From the NCBI GenBank assembly GCA_905178155.1, contig CAJINV010000079.1:1-11101 (forward strand): a DNA stretch of 11,101 nucleotides, read 5' to 3'. The notes under the pieces are model-generated. The model had not been told where the DNA came from. It did not search any database and saw only the letters and a list, made by a program, of their open reading frames with translations. Source of the stretch: Amoebophrya sp. A120. Lineage: Eukaryota; Protista; Dinoflagellata. The position numbers and the translations under genes were made by a program. Shown piece after piece: positions 1 to 6,405 of this stretch. The first letter of the stretch is position 1; the number at the start of each line of letters is the position of its first letter.

Positions 1-156
1 ATATCACCTGATGTCACCTGGTATCACCTGATATCACTTGATATCATCACCTGATATCACCTAATATCACCTGATATCACCTGATATCACCTGATATCAC
101 CTGATATCACCTGATGATATCACCTGATTTCACCTGATATCGCCTGATATCGCCTG
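1..156. repeat. Tandem repeat, 10-bp unit ATATCACCTG (~15 copies, probably continues left of the window)
   Basis: The unit is directly visible, with single-base variants (ATGTCACCTG, ATATCGCCTG) and a few 3-bp slips. Confidence 0.95.
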
Positions 157-171
157 GTGATATGCCGCCGG

Positions 172-566
172 CCTGGGCAGGTGACCTGCCTCTGACCTGG
201 GCAGGTGACCTGCCCCCGACCTGGGCAGGTGACCTGCCTCTGACCTGGGCAGGTGACCTGCGCCTGCTCTAGGCAGGTGACCTGCCCCTGCTCTGGGCAG
301 GTGACCTGCCTCCGCTCTGGGCAGGTGACCTGCATCTGACCGGGGCAGGTGACCTGCCTCTGACCTGGGCAGGTGACCTGCCTCCGACCTGGGCACGTGA
401 TCTGCCTCCGACCTGGGCAGGTGACCTCCTGCCTCCGACCTGGGCAGGTGACCTCCTGCCTCTGACCTGGGCAGGTGACCTGCCTCCGACCTGGGCAGGT
501 GACCTGCACCCGACCTGGGCAGTTGACCTGCCTCCGACCTGGGCAGGTGACCTGCTCCCGGACCTG
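172..566. repeat. Minisatellite, 24-bp unit CCTGGGCAGGTGACCTGCCTCCGA (~16 copies)
   Basis: 24-bp periodicity, with two 27-bp variants carrying an extra CCT. Each unit contains the hairpin GGCAGGT-G-ACCTGCC. It accounts for the 8-aa repeat ORFs on the minus strand. Confidence 0.95.
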
Positions 567-680
567 TGACAGGTACCTGTGACAGGTACCTGCTGCCGGA
601 CCTGTGCAGGCGGGTTGCGCAGGTATCTGCGCAGATCCCTGCTCTCGGATCTGTGCAAATACCTGCACAGCTCCCTGCAC
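567..680. repeat. Degenerate tail of the CAGGT/ACCTG repeat family
   Basis: TGACAGGTACCTG occurs twice, followed by decaying GCAGGTATCTG, GCAGATC and ACCTGCAC motifs. Confidence 0.6.
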
Positions 681-1892
681 ATGCATCAGTCGCGTGATGT
701 AACTTCCAGGTTGCAGTCATCGCTAGGTGGTTCTAGGTTGGGCGGAATTGACCAATGTGCATTTTCCACCCATGGAAGACAGAAACTCGCCCTCGTTATT
801 ATCGCAAGCACAATAGAGAAGTTGAACAGGAGAACGAACAAGAAGATCGTAGATCGGTATAACAGGTTTTACACGACCGTATTGCGCGGCTTTGTTTATA
901 ATCTATTTCGAATATGTGTTTCACAGGTGAAAATTGAATGTACAACTACAGCAGATCGCTTCAACGACAACTATGATTCATTTCTTCAGGTTTTCTTGTA
1001 CAAAACAAAAGAATAGACCAAAGCAGATTGTTTGATTTTTCTTGAAAAAACGTATGGTATCACGACCTTCTAACTTCGAATGCAATTGTATACCCGCAAC
1101 TAGACCATCTCTACGCACCAGCTTTACTCGCTTGTGGTTCAGCGCCAGAGTATGGAGGACGGCACCAGAGGAAACAAGTATCGCCTGTGCGAGTACTAGT
1201 TTAGTAACGATCTTCGCGTGACTTATTTTACAACTATTCTGTACGATTTCTGTTTCTCTTCAGACTAGGATCCCGATGTAAAAGTAGAGAAGCGCACCAG
1301 CGGCTTGCTTCCAGGCACATCAAGCTCCTGAGAATACCAGAAGGAGAACAAGATATTGCGGTGTCTGCGGCAGCCAGATTCAACGACACGGACTCTACAA
1401 AGGATTTTTGAAATTTGAGAACAATTCATTGAATTCACAAAGCACCGTATCTTCAGAATTCTGCGCCTTTTTCCTTTCTATAAATCGCGTTCGCGCATAG
1501 GCAGGTGGAGCGACAGCTCCTTTCGTACTGGAGTACCATCTAGTGGACAAGAGAAATTAACGCCTCGTGGTCATCGTGTCTTGATCGCCGCTCGTTTATT
1601 TCTCTTTCGAAATCTGTATGTCTCGTTATCGTTTATCGTCGTTTCCCTCGCTCGATGTTGATCGTTATGTCGTTTCTCTTTGTCGTCCAATAAGGCCGTT
1701 CTGATTTTCTCGTCAACGCTCGCTTTGGGAGTAAAAATTGAGCTGTAATATTTTTGGTTTCTGCAGTCACACAAATGCCGAGAAAAAAAAAATACGGTAG
1801 AAAAAATCAAAAAGCACCTAGAAAAAATCAAACCGGGCTCCCACTGTAGAAAAACCCTGTCGGGTGCTTTGAGAAAAATCGAGAAGAAAGCA

Positions 1893-2219
1893 AGAAAAAT
1901 TTTCTCCGCGCGCTCCGCGCGCGAGGTTGTTTCTCGGCGCTCCCCGCACATGGGGCGCGCCCCCACCTCCATCTGTCGCCTGAAAAAAATTCTCCGCGTG
2001 TTGTCTGTGCGCTCCCGCCTGGTTGCGTGGCCCCCTCGCCCGAGAAATTTTTTCCGGGCGGCCCTAGCGCACGCGGTGAGGCTGGTACTCAGCGTTCCCC
2101 GCAAATGGGACGCGCCCCGGCCTCCGTCTGTCGCTTGAAAAATTCTGCCCGCGCGCGCGTTTTTTCTCAGCGTTCGCCACACATCGGGCGCGCCTCCACC
2201 TCCGCCTGTCAGTTGATAA
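1893..2219. repeat. ~91-bp GC-rich satellite, left block (~4 diverged units)
   Basis: Units of the form GAAAAATTTTCTCCGCGCGCT...TTCTCAGCGTTCCCCGCACATGGGGCGCGC...CCTCCGTCTG, in the same orientation as 3451-5230. Confidence 0.9.
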
Positions 2220-2698
2220 TCAGTCAGAGAGCCCGCGGGCCGTGGGAGGCACTAAACCCCAGCTAATTTTTGCGGGATTTCCCCAAAGCCCTTAGGGTGG
2301 GCGGTGGTTTTCGTCCCCGGGCGTTGAAGTTTCCCGGGCCCGCAGGGTTCCGCCCTTTTCCACCGCGCCCGGGGGGCCGGGTTTTTGTCAAATCCCCCCG
2401 CTGGTCCCGCGTGTGTTTTTCCATGAAAAGCCACGACGGGAATTAAAATTTAAAAATTACGGCCGTTTGCAGGGGATTCGGAATTTCGAACGCCCTGGGG
2501 GCTTCTTTGGTATTTTCGTACCCTCCCGGGTGGCCCCGAAGGTGGAGGGCAGCGCTTGTGGTCTGGTTTTCATGGGGGCCCTCGGATTTTCGGCTTGGGT
2601 TGTGAAGACCTGGGCCGTGTGGCCAATGTTGAAATCCCTGCACCCTATCCCTGTTTCGTTCTTTCGCAAAGCCATTGTCGCTGGGTTTTTCGAAAGCT

Positions 2699-2976
2699 TT
2701 CTATTTTTGGGCTCTGAGTCGTATTCTATTTTGGACTTCTAAACGTGCTCGCTGTTTTGCTTTCTATTTTTCTGCGGGATTCGCGTGTTCGGCAGCTGTC
2801 TTCTCAACTTCTATTTTTCGTGACACTGGAGATTTCCAAAGGAAATCCTCCAAAGCGCGAACTTAGAAGTTGAAAAGCAGCCGCTCGAACATGCGAATCC
2901 CGCAAAAAATAGAAAGCAAAATAGAAGCACGATTTAGAAGCCAAAATAGAATACGATTTAGAACCCAAAAATAGAA
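2699..2976. repeat. Long imperfect palindrome (~140-bp arms, 3-nt loop AAA at 2838-2840)
   Basis: 2699-2813 pairs with 2864-2976 (e.g. TTTTGCTTTCTATTTTT / AAAAATAGAAAGCAAAA and TCAACTTCTA / TAGAAGTTGA). The centre is GATTTCC-AAA-GGAAATC. Confidence 0.9.
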
Positions 2977-3100
2977 CATGATTTAGAATACGAAAATGGA
3001 ACATGATTTTGAATACGAAAATAGAAGCAAAATTAGAAACGAAAATAGAGCCCAAAAATAGAAACAAAATTAGCCGCAGAATTAGCAGCGAAAATAGCCG
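2905..3100. repeat. ~12-bp tandem subrepeat (AAAATAGAANNN / GATTTAGAANNN), ~16 units
   Basis: A TAGAA/TAGC core recurs every 12-13 bp. Inverted copies lie in 2699-2770. Confidence 0.8.
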
Positions 3101-3450
3101 CCCGCGGGGGGTGTTTCGTATGGGTGTAACTGGGTGGGGTGTTCGATGGGTGCTTTTGCTTCTCGGGCGGTTTTGGGATTTGGGGTTTTGTTTTGCGGGA
3201 ATTCATCCTGTGTGAGATTGCCGGCGTTGCCATGCTCCATGTGTAGGAGGCGGCCTGCTTCTCGTTGTTTTCTTTTTCTTGTCCTGAAGCCCCTTTCGTG
3301 ATTGTTTTGGGACCTCGCGCGCGGCAACTTGGGTTGTCGCTTTTTCGGGTTTGGGCCTTTAACTATTATCCCGATTGTCGGGGTTTGAAAAAATCCCGCA
3401 AAAATTAGCTGGAAATTAGCGGCCGCCACCGCCCCGGGGTTTCCAACTGA

Positions 3451-5230
3451 TTGATAAACTTCCTCCGCGCGCTGGGCGCGTGGCTTTGCTGCCTCTGCTT
3501 TTTTCTGGTTCGCGCAGTATGTTGCTTCGGTTTTTCTGGTGCACCCAATTCGCGGCCCCGCCTGGTTGTGTGGCCCGCCGGTCGGGAAAATTTTCTCCGC
3601 GCGCTGCGCGCGCGGCGAGATTGCTTCTTAGCGTCGCGCGCGCATTACATGGGGCGCGCACGCACCTCCGTCCGCCTCTTGAAAAATTTTCATTCTCCGC
3701 GCGATACGCGCGCGGCAAAGTTGCTTCGCAGCGATGCCCGTACATAGGGCGCGCCCCAACATCCGTCCGCTGCTTGAGAAATTTTCCCCGCGCGCTGCGC
3801 GCGCGGCGCGGTTGCTTCTCAGCGTCCCCCCCACATGGGGCGCGCACCCAGCTCCGCCCGCCGCTTCAGATCTCCGCGCGCCGCCCGCGCTTCTCAGCGC
3901 CCCCCGCTCATAGGGCGCGCACCCACCTCCGTCTGCCGCTTGAAAAATTTTCTCCGCGCGCTGCGCGCGCGGCGAGGTTGGTTCTCAGCGTTCCCCGCAT
4001 ATGGCGCGCGCACGCAGCTCCGTCTGCCGCTTGAGAGATTTTTTTTCTCCGCGCGTTGCGCGCGCGGCAAGGTTGCTTCTCAGCGTTGCCCACATATGGG
4101 GCGCGCACCCACCTCCGTCGGCCGCTTGAAAAATTTTCTCCGCGCGCTGCGCGCGCGGCAAGTTTCAACTAGAGCGCGCACCCACCTCCGTTCGCCTGTT
4201 GAAAAATTTTCTCCGCGCGCTGCGCGCGCGGCGAGTTTTCTTCTCGGCGTTCCCCGCACATGGGACGCGCACCCACCTCCGTTCGCCGCTTGATTTGAAA
4301 AATTTTCTCCGCGCGCTGCGCGCGCGGCGCGTTTTCCTCTCAGCGTTTTCCGCCCCTGGGGCGCGCACCCACCTACGTCCGCCGCTTGAGAAATTTCCTC
4401 CGCGCGCGCTGCGCGCGCGGCGAGGTTGCTTCTCAGCGTTCCCCACACCTGGGGCGCGCACCCACCTCCGTCTGCCGCATGAGAAATTTTCTCCGCGCGC
4501 CGCCCGCGCGCGCGCCGCGGTTGCTTCTCAGCGTTCCCCGCACATGGGGCGCGCACCCAGCTCCGTCTGCCGCTTGGTTGAGAATTTTTCTCCGCGGCGC
4601 GCGCTGCGCGCGCGGAGAGCTTGCTTCTCAGCGCCCCCCGCATATGGGGTGCGCACCCAACCCCGTCCGCCGCGTGAAAAATCTTCTCCGCGCGCGGCGA
4701 GGTTGCTTCTCAACGTCCCCCACACATGGGGCGCGTGCCCATCTACGCCCGTCGCTTGGAAAATTTTTTCCGCGCGCGCAAAGTTGTTTCTCGGCGTTCT
4801 CCCCACATGGGGCGCGCACGGCCCCCCTCCGTCTGCCGCTTGAAAATTTTTCTCCGCGCGCGCGCGCGGCGAAAATGCTTCTCAGCGTTCCCCACACATG
4901 GGGCGCGCACGGCCCCCCTCCGTCTGCCGCTTGAAAAATTTTCTCCGCGCGCTGCGCGCGCGGCGAGTTTGTTTCGCAGCGTTCCCCACACATGGGGCGC
5001 GCACGGCCCGCCTCCGTCTGCTGCTTGGAAATTAATTTTTTCTGCTCCCCCCGCATATCGGGCGCGCCCCCACCTCCGTCCGCCGCTTGAAAAATTCCCC
5101 CCGCGCGCTGCGCGCGCGGCGCGGTTGCTTCTCAGCCGTCCCCGCACATGGGGCGCGCACCAACTTCGTTCGCCGCTTGGGGAATTTTCTTCGCGCGCTA
5201 CGCGCGCGGCGAGGTGGCTCCTCAGCGTTC
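3451..5230. repeat. ~91-bp GC-rich satellite, main block (~20 units)
   Basis: Approximate consensus GAAAAATTTTCTCCGCGCGCTGCGCGCGCGGCGAGGTTGCTTCTCAGCGTTCCCCGCACATGGGGCGCGCACCCACCTCCGTCTGCCGCTT. Unit starts fall near 3941, 4032, 4127, 4295, 4387, 4480, 4841 and 4932. Several units have internal deletions. Confidence 0.95.
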
Positions 5231-5420
5231 CGGGTGGAGGTCTTTTGATTTTCTCCGGAGGCGTTTGATTTTTTCTACAGTATTTTGGACGTTTTCGGCC
5301 GTTGGCCTCGAATGGGCGGGACGAGAAGACTTTCGAGAAAAAGCGAGAACTTCGAGAAAAGGTGAGAACTTCTCGAGTTCTTGCCGTTTTCTCGTTTCTC
5401 TCGGTTTCGGATGAGCGCTG

Positions 5421-5454
5421 TTTGATTTTTTCTACAGCTGTAGAAAAAATCAAA
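5421..5454. repeat. Perfect 34-bp palindrome within a cluster of subterminal motifs (5244-5616)
   Basis: TTTGATTTTTTCTACAGCTGTAGAAAAAATCAAA equals its own reverse complement. The half-site recurs at 5264, 5556, 5601, 1797 and 1819. Confidence 0.95.
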
Positions 5455-5731
5455 ACGAGGCGTTTGCTTTTTGTAAGAAAAGTCGTCGTCTCTGTGTTTT
5501 CTCGTTTGATTTTCTCTTGATGTCTTTTCTCTTCTGTTTTCTCTTTTTTTCCCTTTTTGATTTTTTCTACCTGTTTTCGATTTTTTTTTTTTCTACAATC
5601 TGTAGAAAAAATCAAATATTTTATGCGCGGCGACTGACACAAATACACAACAAAGGAAAAATCCACGAGGCAGCTGGTCGTGCTTGCAAGAGCGTTGTCT
5701 TGGTTGAGCTTGACAAAGGAAAACTAATACC

Positions 5732-6216
5732 ATGCCCAATTCCCCCTGCAAGGCCGAGAACTTCTCCCTCGGCATCGAAGTGCCGAAGTTGAAGAAGCCG
5801 AGTAAGGAACCGTTGGTGCCCACCGAGAAGGTCGCGGGGTTCTTCCTGCAATTCAAGGAGTCCCTGCCGAAAAAGCTCGAGATTCCGGAGGAGAAAGACC
5901 TCCAGAAGGGACTGCAGAGCGGTAGAATGGTTTTTGTTATACAACTTTGAGTATGAAAAAAAAAGATAATGTAGTTTGACGACTTCATGCTTGTCATGAT
6001 GAAAATAATGTTGAGTAGGAAGGAGAAAGCAAAACTGCATCCTCTCTTACAGTGCCGGTCCCGAACTTTACGAAGTTTAATGTGGAAGCGCACAAGAAGA
6101 TGGTCGAAAAACAGGAAGAGGAACGCGCGCAGCACAACAAGAAGTTCGTCGAGGCGCAGCGCGCGGCGGCGTTGAAGCCGGTGCAGCAACCGGTGCAGCC
6201 GGAGGGCTCGGTGTAG
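5732..6216 (+). CDS. Spliced hypothetical protein, exons 5732-5921 and 6053-6216 (117 aa, Lys/Glu/Pro-rich); possibly an internal part of a larger disrupted gene
   Basis: Two GC3-rich coding-like blocks are joined in frame by a phase-1 GT-AG intron, giving ...QKGLQS-V-PVPNFTKFNVEAHKKMVEKQEEERAQHNKKFVEAQRAAALKPVQQPVQPEGSV*. The start is uncertain: a further 50-nt intron at 5703-5752 would add an upstream exon TQIHNKGKIHEAAGRACKSVVL. Confidence 0.6.
5922..6052 (+). other. Spliceosomal intron (131 nt, GT...AG)
   Basis: GTAGAA donor, AT-rich body with stop codons and pyrimidine-rich CCTCTCTTACAG acceptor. Removal restores the reading frame. Confidence 0.65.
6146..6215 (+). repeat. Dispersed direct repeat, copy 1 (70 bp)
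   Basis: 69/70 identical to 8030-8099. It is followed by a local partial duplication GCCGGAGGGC-CGGTGA that creates the TAG stop. Confidence 0.95.
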
Positions 6217-6405
6217 CCGGAGGGCCGGTGATCGTTTTTCTCTGAAGACCGATGCTGTCGTTGTGAGTGACCGACGCTGACGTTGTAATAATGTCGTTGT
6301 TTCCGTCCCTGTAGTGTGCGTCTGCCCCGTGCTTCTGCGTTCGCCGTCTCCTGCTCGTGCAGAACAGCGTTAATTTGTTGCCTGGTTACCTGCTACACGA
6401 ACACG

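Larger units (their letters stand above)
2220..3450. mobile_element. Non-autonomous foldback/MITE-like DNA transposon, 1231 bp, 7-bp TSD
   Basis: TTGATAA at 2213-2219 and 3451-3457 flanks the termini TCAGT...ACTGA. Imperfect ~60-bp TIRs (2220-2280 vs 3391-3450, about 48 matches by hand alignment) include a perfect 22-bp block CCAGCTAATTTTTGCGGGATTT. Removing the element restores a continuous satellite unit. No transposase ORF is present. Confidence 0.85.
1777..5637. mobile_element. Putative non-autonomous composite TIR-type element carrying a satellite array
   Basis: GGTAGAAAAAATCAAAAAG (1796-1814) is the exact reverse complement of 5553-5571, and 1789-1811 matches the reverse complement of 5264-5286 at 22/23. 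CACAAAT flanks both sides (1770-1776, 5638-5644). The right end is ...CGGCGACTGA. The left end begins GCCG and lacks the expected TCAGTC, so the boundary is less certain. Confidence 0.55.

Noticed and set aside
686-693. TCAGTCGC as an alternative left terminus of the large element
   Set aside because: It matches the right end for only 8 bp, and the preceding 7 bp (ACATGCA) do not match the right flank (CACAAAT).
120-720. Minus-strand ORFs with 8-aa repeats (QVTCPGRR / GHLPRSEA)
   Set aside because: All three frames are open because the 24-bp unit lacks stop codons. There is no independent coding evidence.
579-1770. Possible exons (ORF 579-1016, 1264-1410, minus-strand 1571-1770)
   Set aside because: Some splice-like signals are present, but there is no recognisable protein motif or consistent gene model.
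172-5230. CRISPR array interpretation of the palindromic repeats
   Set aside because: Units are head-to-tail with no unique spacers, there are no cas genes, and the context is eukaryotic.
3416-5666. Numerous overlapping Arg/Ala-rich ORFs on both strands
   Set aside because: They are translations of the GC-rich 91-bp satellite, and the frame shifts with each unit.
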